Assembly: GCA_001179505.1 (NCBI GenBank)
Contig: CDMY01000529.1
Coordinates: forward strand, 1-57,226
Reading direction: 5' to 3'
Origin: Vitrella brassicaformis CCMP3155
Lineage: Eukaryota > Protista > Chromerida
DNA length: 57,226 nt
Below the pieces are notes generated by a model. It did not search any database. It was not told where the DNA came from and saw only the letters and a program-made list of their open reading frames with translations. Shown here piece after piece: positions 35,366 to 47,080 of the stretch (its first letter is position 1; the number at the start of each line of letters is the position of its first letter). Made by a program: the position numbers and the translations under genes.

Positions 35366-36138
35366 GCACACACACGCACACACACACAAACATAGGCAGA
35401 TGCGACCCATGTGAGTCTGTCTGTCTGTGTGTCTGTCTGTGAAGGGCGGTGCGGTGGATGGCTGTACAGTACCTGCACGAGCGGTTCGACCCTCGAGGTG
35501 AGTGGGAGGGTCTGGAGGAGCATTGCGCTGGGCTGTGGGGGATAGGGGAGGTTGAAGGGGAACGACGACAGAAACGAATCACCACTCGACTTCTCTTCAA
35601 ATCCCTGACCATGTTGCAACCACCAGACACACACATGACGCTCCTGTCTGTCTGTCTGTCTGATTGGTCAGCTGACCTCTCCCCCCAGGAGGCGTTGCAG
35701 GAACGCCGGCAGCGCCGCATCCGCCCCGCCCGCCCCTCCAGCCACCGGCAATGCCGCCGCGCTTCCCACCACAAACCTCATGAGCCGCTGCCGGATGGCC
35801 TCACGCCGACTGTCCAACTCAGTCGATGCATCCTCCTCAGAACCGCCTGCGGCCGTCCTGATGAGCCCTGCTGCTCGCCTCCTGAAGGGCGTCAGCTCAC
35901 ACGACGGCCGTGAGTGCCGCCACGTGTCGAAAGAGCGTGAGGTCACCACCACAGGTGGTGTGATGGGTTGGCTGAGGAATGCGGCCGCTGCTGCAGCTGC
36001 AGCGGTGTTTGGTCTCGCTGTGCGGTGGGTAGCCGTCCTCATCCATTGCCGTGCGGACGTTGTCGTTGCCTGTTGGCAGCTCAGCAGAGCCGTGACGAAC
36101 AGAGTGAAGCTGCCTCGCAGCAGGCGCATCATCGGCAT
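33303..36138 (-). CDS. CYP38: Thylakoid-lumen cyclophilin CYP38/TLP40-like peptidyl-prolyl isomerase with multipartite targeting sequence
   Basis: [85 protein letters not shown]; N-terminal signal peptide + transit peptide + RR/hydrophobic/AxA lumenal signal. Confidence 0.9.
35288..35388 (+). repeat. ~100-bp (CA)n microsatellite, i.e. (GT)n on the coding strand abutting a CYP38 3' splice site
   Basis: Directly visible; ends at ...gtgtgcag acceptor on the minus strand. Confidence 0.9.
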
Positions 36139-36502
36139 GACCCACAGCCGCTCCCGCGCCGGTGCACACGACGATGCAGAAGCTGCAGATCCCGAGATCT
36201 CTTCGTTGTCAGCGCTCGTCGCGCGGCAATGGCCTCATGACTGCATTCTCTCTCACAATCAGCAGCGGAGAAAGGATGGTCGAATCGACGTGCCACGAGC
36301 CAGAATCAAGGCTCGGTAGGCAGCCTCAAGCTTGGATCTGCACAGATCTTGGAGAAAACTGAGCTCGCCACTGCGAGCTTTGCAAAAACCTGGCCGCGAA
36401 CCGCAGATTTTTGTTGGTCTAATTGTTGTCGAGGAGGGCGAGCATTCCAGCCGCCGCTACCTATTCATCGTATCGTATCGTGTTGGGCATATCACATCGG
36501 AG

Positions 36503-39015
36503 ATGCTGCCGATGTATGGCTACCCGACGGGCGGCGTGCCCTCCCTGGCGGACAGCGGCGTGTACCCTGGCGCCCCGCCCATCCCTCCAGTGGGCGGCGG
36601 GATGCCCATGATCGGGGTGAGCACATACACACGCACCGGAAGCGCGTCATGGCGGGGGGAGGGAAGATAGATGAGATGGCGGGGATGGTGGCGAGATCTG
36701 TCGGTGTGGATGGATGGATGGATCTGGATGGCTGTGTGCTGTGCAGCGGGGCTACGTGCGTTCGCGGATCAGCATCGGAAAGGTCACCCTGCAGTACTTC
36801 GACCTCGGTAAGTAAGGAGATGGGATGGGAGGAACGGAAGGGGCATCCATGGAGCGAGGGATGGATCTGGCTCTCTCTACCCTGTTCATTGTGTTGTGTT
36901 GTGCTGCGGCGTGTGTGTGTGCAGGCAAGTACCTCGGACGTGGCGGGTGCGTTCCCACAACTCTACCTACACAGCTCAACATCACAACACCACAACACAC
37001 ACACACACGCACCGTCCCTCCATCTAGCCATGGACGTCTGTGTGTGCGCGCGTGTGTGTGTGTTCCACCATCCATCCATCCACCAGAGCGTTGCGCGTGA
37101 TGATGTTGGGTTACGATTTGGACTTCACCTGGGACAAGGTGGACTTCGGCGACTGGGAGGCCAAGCTCAAGGCCGAGGCCCTCCAGCACAATCCATCCGG
37201 CAAACTACCCATCCTCTGGCACAATGTACGTTCGCACCGAGGGGGGAGGGGGGAGGGGGGATGGGGAAAGGGGGTGCCATGCGCACCTGTGTGTGTGTGT
37301 GGATCTCTCTCTCTCTCTCTCTNNNNNNNNNNNNNNNNNNNNNNNNNNNNNNNNNNNNNNNNNNNNNNNNNNNNNNNNNNNNNNNNNNNNNNNNNNNNNN
37401 NNNNNNNNNNNNNNNNNNNNNNNNNNNNNNNNNNNNNNNNNNNNNNNNNNNNNNNNNNNNNNNNNNNNNNNNNNNNNNNNNNNNNNNNNNNNNNNNNNNN
37501 NNNNNNNNNNNNNNNNNNNNNNNNNNNNNNNNNNNNNNNNNNNNNNNNNNNNNNNNNNNNNNNNNNNNNNNNNNNNNNNNNNNNNNNNNNNNNNNNNNNN
37601 NNNNNNNNNNNNNNNNNNNNNNCCCCCCCCCCCCCCCTGTTACCTGTCTGTGGTGTCTGTGTCAGCATGGACGCCAACCTCGACTCCTACGGCGACATGA
37701 TAGTGCGAAATCCACCACAGCACCACCCCTTCCCCCCCACACACAACCACACGCCTTTGAGCGGGTGCATTGACATCTGCGGCTGTGTGTGTTGATTGAT
37801 GTGGGGTGCGTCCGTCCGTCCGTCAGGCTGAGAAGGTTGCGGAGTGGCGCGACTCGTGGTCCCGGGCCTTCTCGTGCCGCGACGAAAACGACGCTTCCTA
37901 CCAGCAATACCTGGTAGCAGGCACACCTCCCTCCCCGAACCCTTGCCCCTCTCCCACCCCGATACGCAATCACACGCTGAATGTGTGTGTCTGTGTGACG
38001 TCCATGTGTGTGTGTGTGTATCGCATCTGTCTGTCTGTGTGTCAGGGTGAGCGTGAGAACTGGTACGACACGATGGAGAAGTCGTTCGGCAAGTGTTTTG
38101 CGTCCTACCCCGACGGCATGGTGCCCATGCCCATCATCAGGTCAGTCAGTCAGTACTCAGGCGAGAAATGAAATGCGCACCACACAACACAACTTGTATG
38201 GTGCATCTATCTATCTTTGTGGGTGTCATGTGGTGTGTTCTCAGTGGGAAGGAGCCTGCGATGGGTGAGTTCTTCCTGTGGGCGATGATCTACGACGACC
38301 TCGCCCTCTGCGGACACCACGGTGACCCCCTCAACTCCACACACGACAACTACAAACTGCTCAAGGTAGGTAACGAACCAACCACCCTTCACCATCCCTC
38401 CGCACAGCCCCCTGCCCCACCCACAGCCCACCCATCCGTCTCATCACATCACTCTCTGTGCCTATGGTTATGGTGTGTGATGCGACACAGGCGTTGTTTC
38501 AGACCATCAAGAGGCACCCCCGCATCATCGAAATGATCGAGGACGCCCAGAAGCGCGACGAGCAGGCCCAGGCCCAGGTCGGCGGGGGCGACGGCCAGCA
38601 GTACCAGCAGCAGGCGGCCATGATTCCCCAGCAGCTCGACTACGGCACCTACATGCAGATGCAGCAGATGCAGCAGATACAGCAGATGCCGCCCATCCCC
38701 ATCGAGCAGGCCAAACTCGCCCAGGCCACCGCCAACGGCCAGCCCCAGCAGCCCGCACCATTCGCCACGTTCCCCGGCATGCCGATGCCCATGGGCGTGG
38801 GCATGCAGGGGGGCTTCTACGCGCCGCCCCCGCCACCCATGGGCATGGGCTTCGCCCCGCCCCCGGGTGCGTTCCCGCCGATGGCCGCTGCCCCCCCGAT
38901 GCCGATGCCGCCTTACGGCGGGGCGGTGGCGGTGCCGCAGCAGGTGCTGCCGGCCGCGGAGGCGCCGAAGGGGGAGGGGGAGGGCAAGGGGGGCGCTGAG
39001 CAGGGCACCAACTAA
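36503..39015 (+). CDS. Glutathione S-transferase (Tyr-type, sigma-like) with P/G/M/Q-rich N- and C-terminal extensions; spans the assembly gap
   Basis: Spliced KVTLQYFDL|GKYLGRG|GALRVMMLGYDLDFTWDKVDFGDWEAKLKAEALQHNPSGKLPILWHN matches the GST N-domain (YF..GRG..R, W, P.G.LP.L); later helical exons incl. GEFFLWAMIYD, LFQTIKRHPRI. Confidence 0.75.
37323..37622. other. Assembly gap (300 N) flanked by (CT)n and poly-C; probably hides at least one GST exon
   Basis: Run of N; the expected GST SxAI-type segment is absent from the visible exons. Confidence 0.95.
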
Positions 39016-40600
39016 CCTACCAACACACACATACACCCATAGATAGCATTAGATAGAGAGACGTAGAGAGAGACCGACCTATTGCAGCGGGGGAGGGGAG
39101 GGGTGGGTGAGTTGGCGGGGCGGAGGGATGGCAGGCAGACAGACAGACAGGCAAACCAATCTCTGCATATGCTTCTGCGTGTGCCTACCGTAGTGCATTC
39201 TTGCATTCTTGTTGTTAGTTTGTCGCACTATTGACCGGTTTTGATTTGATTTGATTTGATTTGATGGATGGATGGATGGATCTCTTGGTGGCGGCGTAGT
39301 CTGTCTGGTTGAGAGAGGAGGAACCCTGAAGGGGACAAGGAGAGATCGTGGATGAGTGGATGGATGGATGGATGAAGCGGCTGCTTTTGAGCGCGCTCTT
39401 CCTTCCCCTGCCCCTTCCACCTTCCACGTCGATTGCGCACATTTCCTTTCTTTCCTTCTCACTTTCTGAATGCGGATGGCCGGCTTGACGTCTTTCTCCC
39501 TCTGTCTCTGTCTTTCCTCCCCGATTCATTCATGCCATGAATGAATGCCATGGATGGATGGTTCATGATCCTAGTACCCAGTATCCCAGTATCCTGTCTG
39601 TCTGCCCCATGTCAAGCTAGGAAAGTCGGTGGCGCGGCGAGCACAACACGCCCTGTCAACACATTGTCGCCATCCGACAGAGACAGAGAGAGAGAGAGTT
39701 CTTACCTAGTTCAGACACTGAGAGATGGCTGCATCGATGGCCGCACTCTAACCACACACCCACACACCTACGGACAGACTGGCAACAGACAGATGATATG
39801 GATGAATCCTTACCTGCGTCTGTGGTGCCTGGATTGTATGGTTTCTCTCCCTCTCTCTCTGTCTGTGTGTGTGTGTGTGTGTGCGTGTCTGCCTGCCTGC
39901 CTGCCTGTCTGTGCAGCATACATAGCTAGAGTCAGAACGAATTCGATGACTCGACGTAGATACTACTGACTCCCTACTGCCTGCCTGGCTCCCTCCCTGC
40001 CTACCTGCCTACCTGCATACATTGATTGATGTCTGGATGATGATGTGCGTGTGTGTGTGTGGATGGGCTGGATGGATGGATGGATCACCGAGATTCGAGA
40101 GAGAGCGAGCCAGAGAACAGCAGACAGACAGACAGACAGACAGACAGACACCACGCGCCCACAGCGGGAAGAGGACTGGCCTGGTAGTCATTCACACCCA
40201 CCCCACACACACACACACAGATAGAGAGATAGAAAAGACAGGCGGCTGATTTGATGATACATGCCGCAAATGGATGGATGGATGAATGGCTGCATGGCTG
40301 CATGTACGTCGTGTGTGCGAGAGCGGACCGGATCGGATGGCATGCATCGCGTGTGTTGACTGACTGGACGGACCTCGCTCGTGGCGCTGAAGTGAAAAGC
40401 TGCGGTCGATGGACAATTGTCGATGGATGGATGGCGGCACTGCAGTGCAGATGATCCAAATGACATTCCTGCACAACTACCCATGCGATCCTATCGCTCT
40501 GCCTGGCATTTCTCGTCCCTCTGCCCTCCTCCTTCAGCGATCACGCTCGAGCTCGCAGCGCGATCTCGCCGCATCTGTGATCTCTCCTTCCCGGTTCGCC

Positions 40601-43600
40601 ATGGTCCGTCGGCGGCCTGCAACCGACTCGTCAAGTGCAGGTGCAGCCCTCCTGAGCGGCGACTCCGTCAGCGATTCGCCATCTCTATCTCCATCTCCCC
40701 AGCAGCAGCAGCTTCCCCCAGGGCAAGGCTCCCGCCGGCCACGTATCCGCCTCCCCCCCTTCATCCCCAGATCCGTCTCGTCATGGTCGCCGACAGTGGC
40801 CTTGCTGCTCATGACATCTCTCATGGTCACTCTGGTGCTCATCGGCCACAGGCGCCTGCCCAGGGCGCTCAAGGCGTCAAAATCGGCGCCGTCACAGTTC
40901 TCTGGGGAGCGTGCCCGTGGGTTCTTGTCAAAGCTGGTGGGTCTGGGGGTGCGGACGGTTGGCAGCAGGGCCAACGAGGTGGATGCGCCTCGGCTGCTGG
41001 TGGACGAGGTGCGGCGGATTGAGAGCGACGCGCGGCTGCTGCACCGCGACGCGGGCGAGAAGTGGCGCGTGGAGGTGTCGGTGTGGTCCAACTACTCAGG
41101 CGCGTTCCACCTCGACTACTCAGGAGGCATGCAGGCCGTCTACGCCAACCTGACCAACGTGGTGGTGCTGGTGGAGCCCTCGATGGAGGGCATGGGTGTG
41201 GGAGGGGATGTGGAGCTGCCGGCCCTGCTGCTGTCGAGCCATTTCGACTCGGCGGTCGGGTCGGAGGGCGCGGCCGACGCGGGGAGCGGGATTGCCGTGC
41301 TGATCGAGGTGCTTCGGAATGTGCTGCACTCGCCGCCGCTGAGGATACCCATCATTTTCCTTTTCAACGGTCAGCAGGGTGGGTGGAGGGAGGGAGGGAG
41401 GGAGGGAGGCATCACGAGCCTCTGAGATATCTGAGTATGCCCACCACCGTGTGTCTGTCACTGCACTGTGTGTGCATATATATGTCCACTAGGTGGTGAG
41501 GAGGTGGGTCTGAAGGCGGCGCATGGGTTCATCACCTCCCACCCATGGGCGAAGCGGGTCGGGGGGTTCCTCAACCTGGAGGCAATGGGCTCCACCGGCA
41601 AGGCCCTCCTCTTCAACTCGGGTACCAAAGAAACAAAGACAGAAAGAGTGTGCGGTCGTTCTGCCCATTTCTTTCATTCCCTCCATCCATCTGGATACCT
41701 ACCGCACTCACTCACTCAGGTCGTGGTGGCTATGAGTGGGTGTCGGCTTACGCTCGTGCGTCAGAGGGCGCGACCTACCCCTACCCCTTCCACCCCCATG
41801 CGTCTGTGGTCGCTGAGGACATATTCAAAAACGGTCTCGTCCCGGGAGAGACCGACGCACGGTCAGTGGGGGTGGTGGTGGTGGGGGGCTCACCAGAGAA
41901 GGGCACCATCACGACGGTCGCCTACTTTTGTGGTTGTGTGTATGCGCCTCCCTCCCTCGCTGGCCTGGCAGGATTTATCGCATTGACGGCGGCCTGGTGG
42001 GGCTGGACTTTGCGTATGTGGGCGGGGGGTACAGCTACCACACGCCCAGGGACACCATCGAGAAGATACGGCCGGCCGCCCTCCAACACTATGGGGTCAG
42101 CTGATGAGTGCCATCCAGTCTGTCCATGCCTGGTTTGTTTGTTTGTTAGGACACCATATTGTCCCTGATTCACGAGATCGCCTACTCGCCGACGCCCATC
42201 CTGCGGCAACCGTCCCCCACGTCCCCCCAGCGCCGCACCGACGCCGTCTTCTTCACCGTGCCTCACCTGCTGGTGGTCGTGTACCCCAAATATGTCCATC
42301 TCATGCTCTTCGCCCTCGCCATGACGCTGCTGCTGCTCATGTCATTCATCGGTACACACGCCCCTGACGCACACGCTCTAGCAAGCTTCGTTGACTGCAT
42401 GGCATGGCTGCTGGTGTATTCTGGCTGGCTGCAGAGGGGACTGGTCCGCTGTCGCCCTTGGGCCTGGTTGCGGTGGTGTTCCAGCTGACGGGCATTGTGG
42501 CGTCGGTGCTGGTGTGTGGGTTTGGGGTAGGCGGCCTCATGTGGCTGGTGGGGCGGAGCCTGCGGTGGTTCGACAAGCCCTGGCTGGTGGGCGGCATGTT
42601 CGGCGTCACATCAATGGCCGTCATGCTCGCCATCCAACACATGTACCAGAACAAGTGAGTGAACCAGAGAGAGAGAGAGAGATCCCCACACACACTCTCG
42701 CTCATGTGTGCCTATCTATCGCTCCATCAGTCTCCGTCGCTTCATGGAGCGCCGGTCCAAGTCGCAGATTCAGGAGTCCACCAAGCCCCCCATCTCCCCG
42801 GCAGACACCAGCAAAGACGACACCGACAAGGACACCACCAACGCGGCGGCCGCAGCAGCCAAAGCCGACCTTCGCGAGCGGCGGGCAGCCATGCTGTGGG
42901 AGCGACGCGTCACCCGGCTCTCAGAACAGCACGTCTTCATGGCGGGGCAGACCCTCTGGCTCGCCGCCGCCACAGTGCTGATCGCCCGAGGCGTCGGGTC
43001 GGCCTACATGGCGCTCAGCTGGGTGCTGTGTCCGCTGGCCACGCGCCTGACCGCCCTCATCGTCTACACGTGCGACCCCCCCAGCCCCGACGACGAAGAC
43101 GACATCGATGCGCTGCAGGAGATGTCCTCGACCACACCCCCGGCACCAACAGGACCATCAGCGAGACAGCTGCAGCCACCGCCGGCAAGGCCACCCCCCA
43201 TCCCGGAAGACCATCCGTCAGAGACCGACCAGACCTTCCCCTACCCGCCGTCATCGTGCCCCGAGTCCAGCGACATCCCCAGGAGCTCACCCAAGCGGGC
43301 GACCTTCACGCCGAGAGTGGGCCCGCTGTCCTCTGGTGGGTCGTCGCGGCCAAGGTTCCGGCGTCGGCGGCTGGACCCGCTGAAGGTTGACGATCGCGGG
43401 TGGGTGGGCATGGCGACGGTGGTGGGCAACTGCGTGCCCTTCGTGCTGACCTTCCACACCATTGTGGGGGTGCTGGAGGTCTTCATCCCTGTCATGGGTG
43501 AGAGAGAGAGAGAGAGAGAGGAAGGGAGGGGGTGTGAGGTGTGCGGCTGTGTGTGTGTGTTGTGTTGTGTTGGGTGTGTGGTGTGTGTAGGTCGGTCCGT

Positions 43601-44938
43601 GACAGCTGTGCCGGCGGATGTGTTTCTTGGGTCGCTGGTGGGTCTGATGGGGGCGCTTCTGTCTCTGGTGCTGCTGACGCCCCTCCAGTACCTGTCGCAG
43701 CGGTCACGGAGGCGAGCCATCGACCTGCTCGGCCTCACAGCCATCGGTCGGTAGGGGAGGGAAACCAGAACAGACAGGGATGAAGAATCAGATCCGCGCT
43801 GTCTGACGATGGTCTGCGTGTCGATGGATGGTTGTGTGGGTGAGGATACATAGGCTGTGTGGTGTATGCCGTGTGGCGCGTCAAGGTGCCCTTCACGCTG
43901 GGGGCGCCCAAGCGGCTGCTCCTGACCCACTTCCAACGCAACTTCCACGCCCCCAATGGTGCACCCCACGAACGCGAATGCACACGTAGCCGTCCACCCA
44001 TCATGTTGTGTTGTTGTCAGGCACTGTCGACCACAGCGATGCCGGCATGTGGCTCCGCAGCCACGACGACGACGCCTTCCGAAGCCTCACACCCACACTG
44101 CCCTTCCTCGCACCCTCACCGTGCTCGACACCATCAGTGCCGCCCTTCGCCCTCCCCTCCCTCCCCTCCGACACCCCATGGACCCCAGAACTCGCCAGAA
44201 ACGCCACTTGTGGTGCCAGTCAAGACGGAGACGGCGATGGCGATGGAGACGGCGCACTGATACGTATACCGTCGAGCCCCAGGAGGGACTTCTTTATGTG
44301 GCCGTTCGGCTTTCCCAATCTGTTCCCCCACGAGCACTTGACACTGCTGCCGGCGCCGCACCCATTCCGCAATCTGTCGAGCGACTCGACGGCGGGGCAC
44401 CTCGGCACCAATGGCATGAGTGGGGGGCTGGTGAGGGTCAAAGATGTGCCAGTGGAGTACAGCGAGCAGGTGCCGCCGTTGCAGCTCACGTGGACACAGT
44501 CGCACAAGTGAGGAGACGACACACACATAACGGGGCACACGCAATAGATGCAGTCAGGGGCAGACGGTCAGAGCACCATGTGTGTGGGGGTGTCTCTTGT
44601 TGCGTCAGTGTGACGAGCAACGTGACACGTGTGTGGGTGTCGGTGAGGGGGTCGAATCGCATCGGGATGGCCCTGCAGGCGGAAGGGCTGCAGGGATGGT
44701 CCTTCGACGAGGCGCTGCCCAAGGCACGCACAAATTGCCATTGCCACTGGATCGGATTCGCAAGTGAGACAGACAGATAGACAGGGAGGGAGGGAGGGAC
44801 AGAAGGAGACAGTCACACTGACTGGTGGTTCCTTCCTCTTGGTGTGGTGTGTGCAGGAGGGCATGGCAGCGAGGCGATCGACTTCTGGGTCGACGTCAAG
44901 GACATAGACACGGTGAGAAAGGAGGCAGGTGGTATCAA

Positions 44939-44971
<33 letters not shown>

Positions 44972-45130
44972 TGTGTGCAGGTGACCATCAGCGCGACGAG
45001 CCACCACTTCAACTTGATCACCCCCCCGGTGGCCCAGCTGCTGGACAGGCTGCCGCCGTGGGTGGCCCCCACCCCATACACCGACCAGCACGCTGTGTGG
45101 AAGATACCCCTTCACACAGCAGCCGCCTGA
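40601..45130 (+). CDS. ERMP1: Endoplasmic reticulum metallopeptidase 1 (M28 family, multi-pass membrane), multi-exon
   Basis: FSGERARGFL...GVRTVGSRANE, LLLSSHFDS...GAADAGSGIAVLIEVLR, IIFLFNG|GEEVGLKAAHGF, FLNLEAMG, PGETD, GLDFAYVGGGYSYHTPRD; multiple TM exons; C-terminal PKRLLLTHFQR domain. Confidence 0.93.
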
Positions 45131-45610
45131 GCGGCTGACCTCACCGGCAAGGCTTTGTTTCTTTGTTTCATTGACCGGTTGATTGGTTGGTTGGTTGCCG
45201 TGAGGTTACATGTAGATAGTAGATAGACATCAAGATGATAGGGCGCGGTGGACACACACATTCACACACACATTCACACACACACTTGTTTGTGCATATT
45301 TGTCGACACACGTCACTCACACCTTGACGCACTGATTGCAGCAATTTCCTTTTTCGCCTTATCTGATGACTGACGTGTTTGATTGTGGGCGATGTGGATC
45401 ATGGTGGCACCTACGAGCGACGCCAATCACCTGCGATCAGCTTGTCCGGCCGTGTGACTTTTGGCCAGGCAGAACCCTACACCCTAAACCCTATTGCGGT
45501 TCGCCTCGCGGTGTTCTCGAGCCGGCATTTCTGGCGGTGCTGCTGATCTTCTCAGGCGTCCCCTCTCATGCACCTCACGACTCGACTGCAACTTTGACAG
45601 GCGCTCCAAG

Positions 45611-46195
45611 ATGCTTGGTTTGTGGCTTCTCGCCCTGGCTGCCGTCCTGGTGCTAGCACGGTGCTTCCCAACCATTGCTGACACAATCAGCTTGAAGCAG
45701 GTCAGTCAGGGCAGATACATACGTGCCTTACAGGTCTTTCGACTGTTGTTCTCTCTGAGACCCTCTCTGAGCTGTGTGTGTTGTGGCTTGGCTGCAGCAT
45801 GTGCACGGTGATGGCGCCTCGTTCGTCAACGCGCCGCTGGTTCGTTGCAGCATGACTCCTCCTTCCCGCCCTCCACTCCCAAACACACATGGTGGCACGG
45901 GGCCACCTCCGCTCGCAGCTTTCCGCTCTGGGATGCCATTCTCCTCCGCCGTGCTCTGCGAGGTATTTGGCGCGGACGGGAAACGCCGCAGCAACATGCC
46001 CTTCTCGGTCCGGGTGACCGCATCCACGACAATCGAGCAGTTCGAGAAGGGAGCGCAGCAGTCTTATCCCAGATAAAAACTGGCAGATGGTGCCTACTTG
46101 GAGCTGGGTCTCAGGCCTACAAGGACCTATCTCGCTGGTCAGTCAGGGGCAGATAGACAGGAAGGGAAAAGCGCATGTAGACACACACACACACA

Positions 46196-46230
<35 letters not shown>

Positions 46231-46620
46231 TGTGATTTGTGTGGACGGCGTTGCCACACCGCTCATCCATCAGGCCGTAGGACCGATCAAATCACATCGC
46301 ATTCTCTTGTCAAGGACGTGTTCAACCAAGGTGAGTGAGTCGTCACACACAGGAGGTATGTCGGCAAACATCCGTCCATCATACGCAGCTAGTGTCATGT
46401 GTTTGTGTGTCTGTGTTTGTGTTCTTGTGTGTTGGTTGCCTTGATCGTCCAACCACACCAACCAAGCAGGTGAAGGGACGCTGGAGAACCCCATACGGTT
46501 CATCGTCGAAGGCAAGCCGGGTAGCGGTAGCCGCACTGACAGTCTCACTGTCGAGGAGGCAATGAGGCGCATGACTAGAGGCCTTCCACAGTCCCCCATC
46601 GGGTCCCCGTGGGTCCTCCC
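45611..46620 (+). pseudogene. Signal peptide + Crinkler (CRN)-type N-terminal ubiquitin-like header; in-frame TAA at 46074-46076; no recognisable effector C-terminus
   Basis: MLGLWLLALAAVLVLARC signal peptide; spliced AVLCEVFGADG...PFSVRVTASTTIEQFEKGAQQSYPR*KLADGAYLELGL...|GRRTDQITSHSLVKDVFNQ|GEGTLENPIRFIVE parallels CRN LFCAIVG..F.VDI...DLK.AIK...LQLFLAK...VF......IHVLV; splice phases are consistent only when the TAA is read through. Confidence 0.55.
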
Positions 46621-47080
46621 TCCCCCCTGACGCTGGTCCCACGCGAGCAACTTATTCATTCCTCAGCCTCCTGTATGCCATTCATTTATGCCAGTTGGTG
46701 GCTGTCAGCGGACGCCCTCGGGATTCCTCGACCTTAGTACCTAGGACCTCACCCGACGTGATTTTCGATCGCCTTGTGCTTTCGTGTGTGTGATGGGTTG
46801 GCGTCTTTTCCGGGGGAGGGAGACTGTACAGTTACTGTAGTAGTAGTCAGCAAGGGATTAGATCACGGCAGTGACGTCAGGGAGAGAGAAAGACATACAG
46901 ATGGACGAGTCTCGCCTCACTAATTGTCTGGATGCCCATTGCATACATTTATGTCTGAGAGTCTCGGACACGGACAACCACGTACAAGTGTGACGTTCAT
47001 ATGAGGAAATGCCTTCGACCACAAATTTACACCTGTACAGCAGCCGTTGGCGGGTCGTGGGGCTGGCACGCATCACAATC

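Noticed and set aside
39016-40600. ORFs and repeats in the GST-ERMP1 intergenic region, e.g. (GATTT)n at ~39238-39263
   Set aside because: Simple-sequence repeats typical of this genome; the ORFs are repeat-derived; no CRISPR-like spacer structure.
44724-44725. Apparent GC-AG donor in ERMP1 (AAG|GCACGC)
   Set aside because: The frame is preserved only with the downstream canonical donor GCAA|gtgag, so the GC site is exonic.
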